NCBI GenBank assembly: GCA_051008535.1
Contig: JBPCXM010000557.1
Location: 1-47,980 of the forward strand
Length of the DNA stretch: 47,980 nucleotides
Direction of reading: 5' to 3'
Source of the DNA: Pseudomonadales bacterium
GTDB taxonomy: Bacteria; Pseudomonadota; Gammaproteobacteria; Pseudomonadales; JAUIET01
In this document: positions 10,401-20,344 of the stretch, piece after piece
Layout: the number at the start of each line of letters is the position of its first letter
How positions within the stretch are numbered: position 1 is the first letter of the stretch
The notes under the pieces: model-generated
What the model saw: only the letters and a program-made list of their open reading frames with translations
Databases searched by the model: none
What the model was told of the DNA's origin: nothing
Position numbers and translations under genes: made by a program

Positions 10401-13400
10401 AACTGAGCAACGATATCCTGTTGTCTCTGCTGCGCAGCCTGCTCCAGCGTGCGCAGCACAGTAGCCGCACGTACGCAAGAGTCGCTAACGGATTTGCCCT
10501 GCTGCGCATCTTCCAGCAGTTGTTGCGCGTATGCCACGCTTTCCATACCCTCGGCGAGGAAGACGCCGAAGTCGGCATCTTCATCTGCAGCCGGCGCGGT
10601 AAGCGCTTCCTGTTCAATTTGCTCGTGCAGCTGTTCGATACGCTGCAGCAGCTCTTTCACACCAGGTATCGCATCAGCCGTTGTTTCAGGCAGCAAGTCC
10701 AGACCCTTGCGGGCAAGCCCCGCGGCGTCGTCCAGCACTTCAACAAAGGTGTCGCCGAGCGGCAGATTTTTTTCGCGCAGCTCTTTTAGGCATGACTCCA
10801 GCGGCATGATGAAGCATGCAATACTGTCGACGTTGGCAGTTTGAGTGCTGCCTTTTAAGGTATGCAGCGCACGTTGCAAATCGTTCGACACGTCGTTTTT
10901 ACCGCTCGTGAGATACTCAGCAACATAGCCATCAATAAGGCCGAGATGGATTTGCGCTTCGTTGGTGAAAATCTCCAACAACGCGGCATCGTAATCCGGA
11001 TCTACTTCGGCATCGAAATCGGAAGCGTCCAGCTCTATATCGGCGGCATCAAAGACAAAATCCATATCGCCGGCATCATCTGCTGCGAACGGCTCTTCTA
11101 TGCCAACGTCATCGTCTGCGCTGGCAACCAACTGCTCTTCAGCAATGGGCTCTTCAATCACCGGCTCTTGTTCTTCGACTGCAGGTATTTCTGCTACGGG
11201 TTCGTCGACAATATCCTGCTCGACAGCCGCCGGTTCGGTTTGTTCTTCGGCAGCAGCTTCAGGCTGTTGCGATTCAAGTCGCGCTTGTACTGCAGCTGCA
11301 TCGGTAAGTTCTTCGCCTTCAGCACTGCTATCTGCCACAGCGGACAGTACCCCAACCAGAGGAGGCTCAACTTTACTGCGTTTTTCAAACGCTGTAATCA
11401 ATTCAGGCATGATGGCGCGTGCTTGCATTGCGACCTCTACGTGGGCACCATTCAACGTCTGGCTACCTTCTGTAACACGATTGAGCATATTCTCAATGCT
11501 CCACGCGAACTCGCCGGCTTGACTGGCGCCAACCATCCGGCCACTGCCTTTCAAGGTATGGAATGCACGTCTTATTTCTGCGAGCGAATCTTTATCACTG
11601 AGATCCTGAGTCAACTGCGGTAAAAATTCGTCCAGCGTTTCAAACACCTCGGCCGCTTCTTCGATGAAGATCTCGATAATTTCATCGTCGACCAAATCTT
11701 CTTCCTCTTCCTCAGCCGCAGCTTCGACAGGCGCTTCAGCAACATCTTCCGCTCCGCTTTCTACCGCTACTAACGGGACTTCGGCGGATACAGCAGGAAT
11801 TTCCAACTCTTCTTCGACAACCGCCGGTGTAATTGTCTCATTGACGACAGTTAGTGCTTCGACGCCTGCGTCGTCTTCATCGGCAACCATAAAGTCACTG
11901 ATGTCGAGGTTATCATCCTCGGTGTCGCTCACATGCTGGTAGAACTCAGGGTTACGTTGCCATTGATCGAGATTAGTAATCGGAAAGCCAAGTTCAGCAA
12001 CGCTTTCAATCGCCACGTCGAGAATCGTATCGCTTTCGGTGATCGAGTCTTCGGCCAGTCGTTCCAGGTAGTAATCGACACTGGTGAGAGAATCAGCCAA
12101 GGTATCGAGCATTTTCCATTCGGGAACTCTGTCGCTCGCCAACAAAGCGTCGCAGATGAACCACTCGCAAGACGACAAGGCCGCCACTGCTTGATCTAGC
12201 GGTAATACCGTTAGAGCGCCGCGCACTTCAGACAATATTGCAGGTACTTTCTGCAAACGTCCCCGGTCCCACTGATTGGCGATAAATTCAATAATCGCTT
12301 CCCTGACCTGTTCTATGCCAATGCGCGCTTCTCTAATCACCGACTGATAAGCGGCCGCCAACTGTCGATCTTTTTCGGTTGATTGGCTAGCCACCTCAAC
12401 GCCGTCCTGGTTGACGGTTGCCTTCAGCATCGCCTCGACGCTGAGTATGCTTTCAGCGACATCCATTAATGTGTCGCTATCGGCCGCCTGATTCCCGCTA
12501 CTGATGTTCTCCACGGTATCTGCCTGCCGTTTTAGCATACGCAGTGCATCGCCCAGTCCCAGAACCAAAATCGTATCAATCACGCGCTTGAACACAGGCA
12601 GAGCTTGTCGTAACTCAACATCATCTCGGTCGGCGCTGCGTAAATATAGATCCAGGTAATCTTTGATACTGCCGAGCTCTTCCAATAGCGCTTCGACAAC
12701 CGAGCGCATGGTGTCGCGGTCGGGTCCCATTTGGGCAAGTTGTTGTGGCGTTTTTAGTTCGCTTGCCCATTTGTCTTGTAGCTCGCGCAGCAACGGCAGC
12801 TGTGAGTCGCATGGCTCCAAAAACTGACGGATCTCGCCGCTCAGCTGCGCCGGTGCGTGGCCATCAAGCGCCTTCGGCCCAGTCTCGGCCAGCATACCAA
12901 CCTCTTTATCGATCTCGACTAGCAATTGTTTCAGCTTGGTCGATACGCCAAGCGAGCCCTCTAGTAACGCTTCGTAGATTGCCGAGCATTGCTGCCAGAA
13001 ACTCTCACGGGCACTATTCTCACTAATCTTGTGAATACGTTGGCCGATCTGAGAGAGAAAGGTGAGGTTCTTATCGGTCTCTGTGTCGCGCACCACATTT
13101 AATACGGCAACGCGAAACATCTTGCTCAGCTTCGTCATTAGCTGATCAAATTCCGCACGGCTGACACGATTGGCGAATGCAGCCTCACTACCAACATCGT
13201 TGGCTGCTTTCGTTTCCAGCGGCGGAGTGAGCGCCGGTCCGCGTACCCGCTGCAATTCTGCGGTGATAGGTTCCAATGCGACATCGACAATGTCGGACTT
13301 TACCTGATTCACTCTATCCAGCAACGCTGACATTTGAAGTAATGCTGCCATCAACACTTCCAATGCGGCGTGTTCGTTAGGCGTAGCCTGATTCACCAGC

Positions 13401-13648
13401 GCCTGAGCAACGGCTTCCATTTCCTGCGCCATGGCGGCCAGGTTGTGCAATTGCACCATACTCAAGGTGCCGTGGATCTGGTGGCAGTGCGTCAGGGTAA
13501 AACGCAACTTGGTGGAATCGTTACTGTCGGTCACGTAAGCTTCTAGCGCTCCACGTGCCTGTCTGAGTATCTCTTCCAGTTCGTTGGTCACCCATTCGAA
13601 CGCGACGTTATTCAGCTTTTCAGCCATCGTTTTTCTCGCTTGTTCCAT
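7445..13648 (-). CDS. chpA: Hybrid multi-Hpt histidine kinase ChpA/PilL of the type IV pilus chemosensory system
   Basis: 2067 aa. Three canonical Hpt motifs (FHTLKGSGRMVGA, LHTLKGSTQTANV, LHTLKGGARLADL) and an N-terminal FimL-like Hpt (HCHQIHGTLSMV), joined by long acidic linkers. These are followed by a dimerisation region, HATPase (DDGAGI..GRGVGLDVV), a CheW domain and a C-terminal receiver (MVVDDSVTVRK...DIEMPRMDG). The start could instead be the M at 13627. Confidence 0.95.
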   Translation of the reverse strand: MEQARKTMAEKLNNVAFEWVTNELEEILRQARGALEAYVTDSNDSTKLRFTLTHCHQIHGTLSMVQLHNLAAMAQEMEAVAQALVNQATPNEHAALEVLMAALLQMSALLDRVNQVKSDIVDVALEPITAELQRVRGPALTPPLETKAANDVGSEAAFANRVSRAEFDQLMTKLSKMFRVAVLNVVRDTETDKNLTFLSQIGQRIHKISENSARESFWQQCSAIYEALLEGSLGVSTKLKQLLVEIDKEVGMLAETGPKALDGHAPAQLSGEIRQFLEPCDSQLPLLRELQDKWASELKTPQQLAQMGPDRDTMRSVVEALLEELGSIKDYLDLYLRSADRDDVELRQALPVFKRVIDTILVLGLGDALRMLKRQADTVENISSGNQAADSDTLMDVAESILSVEAMLKATVNQDGVEVASQSTEKDRQLAAAYQSVIREARIGIEQVREAIIEFIANQWDRGRLQKVPAILSEVRGALTVLPLDQAVAALSSCEWFICDALLASDRVPEWKMLDTLADSLTSVDYYLERLAEDSITESDTILDVAIESVAELGFPITNLDQWQRNPEFYQHVSDTEDDNLDISDFMVADEDDAGVEALTVVNETITPAVVEEELEIPAVSAEVPLVAVESGAEDVAEAPVEAAAEEEEEDLVDDEIIEIFIEEAAEVFETLDEFLPQLTQDLSDKDSLAEIRRAFHTLKGSGRMVGASQAGEFAWSIENMLNRVTEGSQTLNGAHVEVAMQARAIMPELITAFEKRSKVEPPLVGVLSAVADSSAEGEELTDAAAVQARLESQQPEAAAEEQTEPAAVEQDIVDEPVAEIPAVEEQEPVIEEPIAEEQLVASADDDVGIEEPFAADDAGDMDFVFDAADIELDASDFDAEVDPDYDAALLEIFTNEAQIHLGLIDGYVAEYLTSGKNDVSNDLQRALHTLKGSTQTANVDSIACFIMPLESCLKELREKNLPLGDTFVEVLDDAAGLARKGLDLLPETTADAIPGVKELLQRIEQLHEQIEQEALTAPAADEDADFGVFLAEGMESVAYAQQLLEDAQQGKSVSDSCVRAATVLRTLEQAAQQRQQDIVAQLAGLSAQTCEQAAIVERAPEEFFTLNTRSQNALNDMLDRLAAGQSAEPATDLIAELESIDFAQEQEAEPIADIDVAEIESDVIELADEDLIEVSMDVESDDDMADFELEDWMEAREASGAEDNVEEVSAAAGDGEDVEFVEALELDDEVDLSAAMEAEAELLAAATPGRDEISAYLGSQSVDNNHSADDDETSDEIIEIFTEEAVDILQGIDESVHAWMDEPKDKQYLDELLRLLHTLKGGARLADLTELGDISHDCETFLTDAQQKNRRITKKFFKELQAYVDQITSNVDALRKGGAPSAEQQPMDNDTAPSSVPDSQPSRPDNVLPFNQPQVPSVSSPFPAGAAVASSMVGAMGGEANAAFLAEASKRGSQEVVRVPSQLLENLVNLAGETSISRARAEEQVSEFGFSLEEMQSTVERLQEKLRRLEMETEAQILFRQEQVEQEGLQGFDPLEMDRYSHLQTLSRSLMESASDLMDLKGTLNERARDMETLLLQQSRINTDLQEGLMQSRMVPFARVAPRLRRIVRQVSTELDKQVDFEMLNMEGEMDRSVLERMLPPLEHMLRNSVDHGIESEQQRRDAGKPAAGQITLGLVREGNEIVLVLEDDGAGINLERVRSKAIDAGLMDAEADLTPHEVLQFILESGFSTATEVTQISGRGVGLDVVHSEIKQLGGVMDIQSLEGHGTKFIIRLPFTVSVNRALMVSVAGDTYAIPLNTIEGIVRVSPFELEAYYQPDAPMFEYAGQPYMLRYIGSLLRVDAQPNIQPQGAPLPVILVRGADHSMAIQVDELHGSREIVVKSLGAQFGMVQGVSGATVLGDGRVVVILDMLALIRNDALHMHRDDFVIDHVVEEETNQALKIMVVDDSVTVRKVTSRFLERQGMDVIVARDGVEAMSMLQDERPDLMLLDIEMPRMDGFEVANQIRHDSELSDLPIIMITSRTGDKHRERAISIGVNNYLGKPYQELELLDAIADLLGRERLEQQG

Positions 13649-13753
13649 TTATGCACACGCTATTCTGCTGACCGCTGCACTCGAGCTTTGGTCGTTTTTG
13701 TCGCGAGCGCAAACTGCTAAACAAAAGTCCATACAGAAGCTCAAGCTCGCTGC

Positions 13754-15829
13754 CTAGCCGTTGTAGTCAGAGCTTTCGTTCGTGTCGTAGCCCGCGCTAG
13801 CAGCCACTCCGTCGGGTAATTTAAAGCCGGCAACAGAGTTACGCATGTCGTGCGCAAGACCCGCCAGTTCACCAATGGATGATGCGCTGGTTTTGGTACC
13901 GGTCGATGCCTGCGAGGCGATTTCCTGGATCACTTTCATGGTGTTGGAAATATGGCCTGCCGAAGATGATTGCTGGCGTGATGCATTGGAGATGCTTTGA
14001 ATCAGTTCCGCTAGGTTGGTCGATACATTTTCGATTTCCTCGAGTGCCACACCGGCGTCCTGCGCCAGGCGTGCACCACGCACCACCTCCGTAGTGGTTT
14101 GCTCCATCGAGATGACGGCTTCGTTGGTGTCGGTTTGAATCGTTTTTACCAAAGCCTCAATTTGCTTGGTGGCCGCACCGGAACGTTCCGCTAAGCGCTG
14201 TACCTCATCGGCAACTACCGCGAAGCCGCGACCTGCGTCGCCAGCCATCGACGCCTGAATAGCAGCGTTTAGAGCCAGAATATTCGTTTGGTCGGCAATG
14301 TCGTTAATCAACGATACGATGTCGCCAATTTCCTGCGAGCTCTCACCGAGACGTTTAATACGTTTCGATGTTTCCTGAATTTGCTCGCGAATATTATCCA
14401 TGCCGGTGATGGTATTACGTACCACTTGACCACCCGAGCTAGCGATTTTCACCGAGCGCTCCGCAACCGCAGCCGACTCGGCAGCGTTCGAAGATACCTG
14501 GTCGATCGTGACCGCCATCTCGTTAACCGCTGCAGAAGCACCGGCAATTTCCTGTGCCTGATTCTCCGACGCTTCCGCCAGACTCAGTGCCGCTTTTTGA
14601 TTGGCTTCCGCCGACGTCGACACCGACACAGCCGTGTCATTAATCGATGACACCAGCACCCGCAGTTGGCCGATGGTGTAGTTCACCGAGTCGGCGATCG
14701 CACCGGTGAAATCTTCGGTCACGGTCGCGGTAGTCGTTAAGTCACCGTCAGCCAGATCGCTGATCTCGTCCAGCAAACGTAGAATGGCTTCCTGGTTCTG
14801 TTCATTGTCTTTCGCTGCATCGCCCAAGCGCTTCCGCGTATTGAAATACATCTGTAAGCCAATCAATAGTAGCGACAGCAACATACCAACACCGCAATAC
14901 CACACGGTATTTTGGGTAATAGGGCGACGATCATCGAGGCGCTCAACTTCATCAGAAAGCGCACCGGTTTGAGTCATGATGGTAGGCGCGCCAACCACAA
15001 CGGTGTCCGCTGCCTGGCGTGCTTTGAGCAAGTCGGGGGAGGCCTGAAAAATCTCGTCGACGCTGCCGCTAACAAACTCAAACAACTTGGAGATTTCTTC
15101 CAGACTTGAGCGCGCGTCGGCGTCGGTGACGCGGCTGATGCGCAGCGCTGAGTTGCCATTCAACATGCCGTTCAGCACGCTACCGAACAGACTGGCGTCT
15201 AAATTAAACTGATCGGCTGCAACATTCGCGGTACTGCCACCTTCCAACATCTTATCGACGTTTCTGGCGATCCGCTCGGCCAACCATGATTGCTTTTGTG
15301 CAACGGCGACCTGGTCGGAAGGTGCGCGACCTTCCAACAAGATTTCTACCACGTTGTTGTATTCAGTCTGCAGCTCAGGAATAGAGTCATTCAGTGTTTT
15401 CGCCACTTCGTGCAAAAACAGAATCCGGTCCTGATTGGCCACGATTGTGTCCGCCGCTTCGCTTACTGGCGTCCAGGTCGAACCCAGCTCTTCCAGCTCG
15501 GAAGACAACATGTCTTTTGCTGCTGGCAATCCCGGCTCGCCTTCGTTCAGAACCTGCGCCGCCTGGCTGAAATTTTTGCTGGCAGCACCAAGCTGTGCGA
15601 ACGCCTCGGCATCACCGGCAATTGCGAGACGCGAACTGGTGGCTACCTGTTGTGCCGATACCGTGAGCTCTGACGTGAGCTCCTTGTAGCGGTTGTCATC
15701 ACTCGCCGTGCGGCTAACAGCCATCAGCGTATAGACAAACGCCGCCGTCGCCACGAGGAATACACCGATCAGCAGGATAATGGTTGGACTCATTGGCAGT
15801 TTGCCAAGGTTCGCGTTTTTCGTGTTCAT
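13754..15829 (-). CDS. pilJ: Methyl-accepting chemotaxis protein PilJ
   Basis: 691 aa. N-terminal TM segment, large periplasmic domain, second TM segment and an MCP signalling hairpin ([41 protein letters not shown]). Confidence 0.9.
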   Translation of the reverse strand: MNTKNANLGKLPMSPTIILLIGVFLVATAAFVYTLMAVSRTASDDNRYKELTSELTVSAQQVATSSRLAIAGDAEAFAQLGAASKNFSQAAQVLNEGEPGLPAAKDMLSSELEELGSTWTPVSEAADTIVANQDRILFLHEVAKTLNDSIPELQTEYNNVVEILLEGRAPSDQVAVAQKQSWLAERIARNVDKMLEGGSTANVAADQFNLDASLFGSVLNGMLNGNSALRISRVTDADARSSLEEISKLFEFVSGSVDEIFQASPDLLKARQAADTVVVGAPTIMTQTGALSDEVERLDDRRPITQNTVWYCGVGMLLSLLLIGLQMYFNTRKRLGDAAKDNEQNQEAILRLLDEISDLADGDLTTTATVTEDFTGAIADSVNYTIGQLRVLVSSINDTAVSVSTSAEANQKAALSLAEASENQAQEIAGASAAVNEMAVTIDQVSSNAAESAAVAERSVKIASSGGQVVRNTITGMDNIREQIQETSKRIKRLGESSQEIGDIVSLINDIADQTNILALNAAIQASMAGDAGRGFAVVADEVQRLAERSGAATKQIEALVKTIQTDTNEAVISMEQTTTEVVRGARLAQDAGVALEEIENVSTNLAELIQSISNASRQQSSSAGHISNTMKVIQEIASQASTGTKTSASSIGELAGLAHDMRNSVAGFKLPDGVAASAGYDTNESSDYNG

Positions 15830-15899
15830 ACTCTGGGCTCCCAGAAAATCTTAATGTTACTTAAAAGTTATTAAACGGTTAGGACTCAGGACCGAGTCA

Positions 15900-16442
15900 T
15901 TAATGCAGCGCGGCGTTGAAAAACTGAGGATCACGCGCTAATTCGTACAAACTAAACACGGTCCATTTTCTGCCACCATGTTCATAAGAACCTTTTACAT
16001 ACGGCGCCATCGCTTCATCCTCGCCTGCGTCTTCGCTATATGTTTCTAGCGGAAAATGCTGCATGCCGTACACATTGTTAACAATAACACCGCAGTAAAA
16101 ATCACCTATTTCCAAAGCGAGCACGCGATGTTGTTTGCGCGTCGAATCAAGCTGGGCGCCAAAAAACACTTCCAGATCAAGCATCGGTAATAAGCGGCCA
16201 CGGACGTTGGCAACGCCTTTGACCCACGGCTTAACACCTGGGATACGGGTATATTCGGGCGGCACAAGCATCTCGGCAACTTCCTGCATGGGTGCCACAT
16301 ACCGCATGCCACGCAATTGAAAGCCCACCCCGCTCCACACCGGTTGAACATCAACGCGCTCGGGCAAGCCGCGCGCATGCCTAGTGCTTAACTCGGCAAT
16401 GTGCTGAAGAACTTCAAACGGTTCGCTGTGCGACATATCCAT
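15900..16442 (-). CDS. pilI: CheW-like protein PilI
   Basis: 180 aa CheW domain, positioned between pilH and pilJ. Confidence 0.85.
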   Translation of the reverse strand: MDMSHSEPFEVLQHIAELSTRHARGLPERVDVQPVWSGVGFQLRGMRYVAPMQEVAEMLVPPEYTRIPGVKPWVKGVANVRGRLLPMLDLEVFFGAQLDSTRKQHRVLALEIGDFYCGVIVNNVYGMQHFPLETYSEDAGEDEAMAPYVKGSYEHGGRKWTVFSLYELARDPQFFNAALH

Positions 16443-16447
16443 GCTGC

Positions 16448-16810
16448 TCAGGCAATCATTTCTTTAATGGTTTTTAACAGCAGCTTTTCGTCAACCGGTT
16501 TGGTCAGGTAAGCTTTTGCGCCCTGGCGCTGACCCCAGACCCTATCGGTTTGCTGATCTTTGGTGGTGACGATAACGACCGGTATGTCGCTGGTGGTATC
16601 ACCCTTGCTCAACTGACGCGTGGCTTGAAAACCGTTCAAGCCGGGCATGACGATATCCATCAAAACCACATCGGGCAGTTCTTGTTTGGCAATGCTCACA
16701 CCTTGCTCACCGCTTTCTGCGGTCAACACTTGGTAGCCGTGCTTGTCCAGCACATTCTTAATCTTAAATGTTTCGGTTGGAGAATCGTCCACAACAAGAA
16801 CGCGCACCAT
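16448..16810 (-). CDS. pilH: Single-domain response regulator PilH
   Basis: CheY-like receiver (VLVVDDSPTE...MDIVMPGLNG...TTKD...KP). I trimmed the start from the track ORF (16831) to the ATG at 16810, which has GGAGG 5 nt upstream. Confidence 0.9.
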   Translation of the reverse strand: MVRVLVVDDSPTETFKIKNVLDKHGYQVLTAESGEQGVSIAKQELPDVVLMDIVMPGLNGFQATRQLSKGDTTSDIPVVIVTTKDQQTDRVWGQRQGAKAYLTKPVDEKLLLKTIKEMIA

Positions 16811-16848
16811 GTTACCTCCGTAACGCGACAATCAAATATGATCGCGGA

Positions 16849-17244
16849 TTAACTTGCTTGCTTAAGTTCAACCTGGGCTTGAATAGCACCCAGCAATTCA
16901 TTTTTACTAAACGGCTTGGTCAGGTACTGATCCGAGCCGACAATCCGGCCTTTGGCTTTGTCAAACAAGCCGTCTTTGCTGGACAGCATAATCACCGGTG
17001 TTGACTTGAACTCGCTGTTGTTTTTTACCAACGCACAGGTTTGATAGCCATCCAGACGCGGCATCATGATGTCGACAAAGATGATATCGGGTTTGCTGTC
17101 GGCGATTTTTGCCAACGCATCGAATCCATCGATAGCAGTAATGACCGTGCAACCGACTTTTTTCAGCAAGGTTTCCGCGGTACGGCGAATAGTCTTGCTA
17201 TCATCGATGACCATGATTGTTAAACTTTCAAAATTTGCTTCCAT
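16849..17244 (-). CDS. pilG: Single-domain response regulator PilG
   Basis: 131 aa CheY-like receiver (IMVIDDSKTIRR...VDIMMPRLDGY...SSKD...KPF), first gene of the cluster. Confidence 0.9.
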   Translation of the reverse strand: MEANFESLTIMVIDDSKTIRRTAETLLKKVGCTVITAIDGFDALAKIADSKPDIIFVDIMMPRLDGYQTCALVKNNSEFKSTPVIMLSSKDGLFDKAKGRIVGSDQYLTKPFSKNELLGAIQAQVELKQAS

Positions 17245-17455
17245 TGTTTTGCCCGTTGGTTGTGCAAACCGCTGATTATTGATAAGTGTTTTCTATCCTC
17301 TGGCGAGGGTAGACGTTGGTGTCTGAGGCGATCACACTATGTGTACACACCCTGTTCACCGCTAATTTAATATTTTGTGAATATCCCGTTAAATTAATAG
17401 TATAGAACCGTGTAAAAATAAAGCTGGCAACCACTTTTTTTCTAAGGAAACCACT

Positions 17456-18427
17456 ATGAGCGTATCACTTGGGGTTGTTATGGACCCCATCGAAAACATC
17501 AACTACAAAAAAGACAGTACCTTGGCGATGTTGTGGGCGGCTCAGAAAAAAAATTGGCAACTCTATTATATTCAACAACATGACCTCTATCTTACAGGAG
17601 GACTGCCGCGCGCGTCGATGCGCAAGCTTGGGGTGTCACATAACCCAGTCAACTGGTTTAACCTCGGCGAATCCGAAGATCACGCATTGAACCGGCTCAA
17701 CGTTGTTTTAATGCGCAAAGATCCCCCATTCGATATGGAATTCGTTTACTCAACGTATATTCTGGAAGCCGCAGAGCGGCTGGGCACATTGGTGGTTAAT
17801 CGACCACAAAGCTTGCGCGACTGTAACGAAAAAGTGGCGGCCACCCTATTCCCCGATTGCTGCCCGGATCACCTCGTCACGGCCGACGCAGCCTTGTTAA
17901 AGCAATTTCAACAACACTACCACGACGTCATCTTCAAACCACTGGACGGCATGGGCGGCGCCAATATTTTTCGTGTTCGTGACGGCGACCCAAATCAGAG
18001 TGTAATTGTCGAAACATTAACCAACAATGGCAATAATACCATTATGGCGCAGCGCTATATCCCGGAAATAGTCAACGGCGACAAGCGCATCTTGATGATT
18101 GACTCGGTGCCCGTGCCGTATGCATTGGCGCGCGTACCCGCAGTGGGAGAGTTACGCGGCAACCTGGCCGCTGGCGCGGTAGGTGAATCCAGGAAATTAA
18201 GTGACCGTGACTACTGGATTTGTGAAAAAATTGGGCCATTCTTAAAGGAGAAAGGGTTATTGTTCGTCGGCGTTGATGTGATTGGCGATTACCTGACCGA
18301 AATAAATGTAACCAGCCCTACCTGTATTCGCGAGCTCGATGCAGCCCACGGCTTGGACATTGCGGGTCAGCTGATGGAATGCATTGAATCCAAGCTGACA
18401 TCACAAACAGAGCACGGCACTACATGA
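17456..18427 (+). CDS. gshB: Glutathione synthetase
   Basis: 323 aa. LGVVMDPIENINYKKDSTLAML start and an ATP-grasp C-terminus. Divergent from pilG, as in Pseudomonas. Confidence 0.95.
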   Translation: MSVSLGVVMDPIENINYKKDSTLAMLWAAQKKNWQLYYIQQHDLYLTGGLPRASMRKLGVSHNPVNWFNLGESEDHALNRLNVVLMRKDPPFDMEFVYSTYILEAAERLGTLVVNRPQSLRDCNEKVAATLFPDCCPDHLVTADAALLKQFQQHYHDVIFKPLDGMGGANIFRVRDGDPNQSVIVETLTNNGNNTIMAQRYIPEIVNGDKRILMIDSVPVPYALARVPAVGELRGNLAAGAVGESRKLSDRDYWICEKIGPFLKEKGLLFVGVDVIGDYLTEINVTSPTCIRELDAAHGLDIAGQLMECIESKLTSQTEHGTT

Positions 18428-19317
18428 GCAACGCGGTTATCAACAATCTGGGCTATGCATCGTTCAATCCAGACCGCCTGGGCACGGCGTTTTCGTTCGC
18501 GGTGGCCTTACATGCGGCATTGATTCTGGGTATTACGTTTACCCAGGAGAAACACAGCGCCAAGGCTCCACAACTGGAAGTCACGCTGGCGCAATTCAAA
18601 CACGAGAAAAATCGCAGCAAAGCCGACTACATAGCCGACCGAGACCAGCAAGCCAGCGGCGCCGCATTGGAAAAATCTTTGCTGTCGGCACCGGAAATTG
18701 CCGAGTTTCAAGACACTCAAGTGCGCGATGTCAATCAAGAATACGCCGAACAAAGCGCTGCCAGCCAGCCAGAACGGCTGAACAACCCGGTTTACACCAC
18801 CTTGGAAGCAGAGCGGCGCGTATTGCAGAGTGACGCACAGAGACAACAGATGGCGGAAAGCAGCGCTGAGAGTGAATCCAGAGAGCAGCTATCCAGCGAT
18901 ATCGCGTCATTGGCCGCTAGACTCAGCGATTTGAAAGAAGACGCCGCTAAGCGGCCGCGCGTGCGCCGGATTACGTCGGTATCGACCAAAAAGGCGATGG
19001 ACGCGCGTTACTTGCTCAAATGGGAACGCAAAATCGAACTGCTGGGCAATCAGAATTACCCGCGTGAGGCATTGGCGCAAAAGCTTTACGGCGACTTGCG
19101 CTTGCTGGTCGTGCTCAGCCCCAACGGCGCTGTGGATCGCGTTGAGATCCTTAAGTCTTCCGGTCATGACGTGCTCGATCTCGCCGCGATAAAAATCGTC
19201 AAGCTGGCGGCTCCGTACGAGCCGTTCAGCGCTGAAATGCAGCAAGAACTCGACAAGCTGGAGATCGTGCGCACCTGGCAGTTCCGCAAAAATCGGGTGC
19301 GCGCAAGCCGTACCTAA
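18424..19317 (+). CDS. TonB C-terminal-domain protein (TonB3-like, lacks a Pro-rich spacer)
   Basis: 297 aa. N-terminal TM segment, Glu/Gln-rich middle region and a TonB_C-like end (YPREALAQKLYGDLRLLVVLSPNGAVDRVEILKSSGHDVLDLAAIKIV). ATGA overlap with gshB. Confidence 0.7.
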   Translation: MSNAVINNLGYASFNPDRLGTAFSFAVALHAALILGITFTQEKHSAKAPQLEVTLAQFKHEKNRSKADYIADRDQQASGAALEKSLLSAPEIAEFQDTQVRDVNQEYAEQSAASQPERLNNPVYTTLEAERRVLQSDAQRQQMAESSAESESREQLSSDIASLAARLSDLKEDAAKRPRVRRITSVSTKKAMDARYLLKWERKIELLGNQNYPREALAQKLYGDLRLLVVLSPNGAVDRVEILKSSGHDVLDLAAIKIVKLAAPYEPFSAEMQQELDKLEIVRTWQFRKNRVRASRT

Positions 19318-19356
19318 AAAGTCCTTGCGCCCGGTATCCCTGCGGCTAATAATGGA

Positions 19357-19926
19357 ATGATGGAGTCGCACGCCCTCGCCAGTTTGAAAAACCATTTTTT
19401 GCTGGCCATGCCGTGCCTGCAGGATTCGATCTTTGCACACAGCCTGACCTATATCTTTGATCACAACGAACATGGTGCGTCGGGCCTGGTGATTAACCGA
19501 CCGCTGGATTTGACCCTGGCGGACATCTTCTCCCAACTCGAACTTGAAAGCGCTTCCGCCTGCGCCGCACAACCGGTGCTGGTGGGTGGGCCGGTGGCGA
19601 TGGAACGCGGCTTCGTCTTACACCGCACTGGAGCATCCTGGAGGTCCACCCTGGACGTCAGCGCAGATGTCAGCCTTACCACGTCGAGCGACGTACTGGC
19701 CGCCATGGCGCGCGACGAAGGCCCTGACGAGGCGCTGGTGACGATAGGCTACGCCGGCTGGGGTGCCGATCAACTCGAACAAGAGCTCGCTGACAATGCC
19801 TGGTTGACGATACCAGCCGATGCCCACATTATTTTTTCTACGCCTTTTGAGCAACGTGCGGCCGTGGCGGCACGCAAGCTGGGCTTCGATATTAATCTCA
19901 TGACGGCCGATGCCGGGCATGCATGA
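19357..19926 (+). CDS. yqgE: YqgE/AlgH family (UPF0301) protein
   Basis: 189 aa. LLAMPCLQDSIFAHSLTYIFDHNEHGASGLVINRP is typical of the family. Confidence 0.85.
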   Translation: MMESHALASLKNHFLLAMPCLQDSIFAHSLTYIFDHNEHGASGLVINRPLDLTLADIFSQLELESASACAAQPVLVGGPVAMERGFVLHRTGASWRSTLDVSADVSLTTSSDVLAAMARDEGPDEALVTIGYAGWGADQLEQELADNAWLTIPADAHIIFSTPFEQRAAVAARKLGFDINLMTADAGHA

Positions 19927-20344
19927 GCAACGGCGTACTGTATTGAGCTTTGACTTTGGATTAAAACAGATAGGCGTTGCACTGCTGCAACAACCAACAA
20001 CTATTATCTCGCCTTTACCGATTATTCGCGCCAACGACGGCAAGCCGGACTGGAATGCAGTCGAGGCATTGCTGCAGGAGTGGCGAGCACAGTTGTTGTT
20101 AGTGGGAGAACCGCTGAACATGGACGGTTCCAGCAGCACCATGAGCGAGCGAGCAAGGCGCTTCGCGCGGCAACTGGAGGGGCGATTTAACCTCCCGGTA
20201 GAACTGGTCGACGAGCGTTTGTCCAGCCACGAAGCCAAAGGCCAAGTGGCTGAGTTCAGCAATAAAAAGAGAAACTACCGCAAGCAGCCGATTGACAGCA
20301 TTGCGGCGCAGCTCATTATGCAAACCTGGTTAGCGCAAAACTAA
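19910..20344 (+). CDS. ruvX: Holliday-junction-resolvase-like pre-16S rRNA nuclease YqgF/RuvX
   Basis: 144 aa. VLSFDFGLKQIGVA start motif. The start could instead be the ATG at 19919. Confidence 0.9.
   Translation: MPGMHEQRRTVLSFDFGLKQIGVALLQQPTTIISPLPIIRANDGKPDWNAVEALLQEWRAQLLLVGEPLNMDGSSSTMSERARRFARQLEGRFNLPVELVDERLSSHEAKGQVAEFSNKKRNYRKQPIDSIAAQLIMQTWLAQN

Noticed and set aside
7451-13026. More than 20 antisense or out-of-frame track ORFs inside chpA (for example 10862-11623, 253 aa)
   Set aside because: They are by-products of the GC-rich acidic-linker coding sequence. The 2067-aa minus-strand frame has full domain support, and none of these ORFs does.
17363-17396. TAATTTAA-N18-TTAAATTA inverted repeat, plus a TGTGA half-site, in the pilG/gshB divergent promoter region
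   Set aside because: Such palindromes arise easily in AT-rich promoter DNA. The TGTGA has no matching TCACA partner, so it is not a credible CRP/Vfr site.
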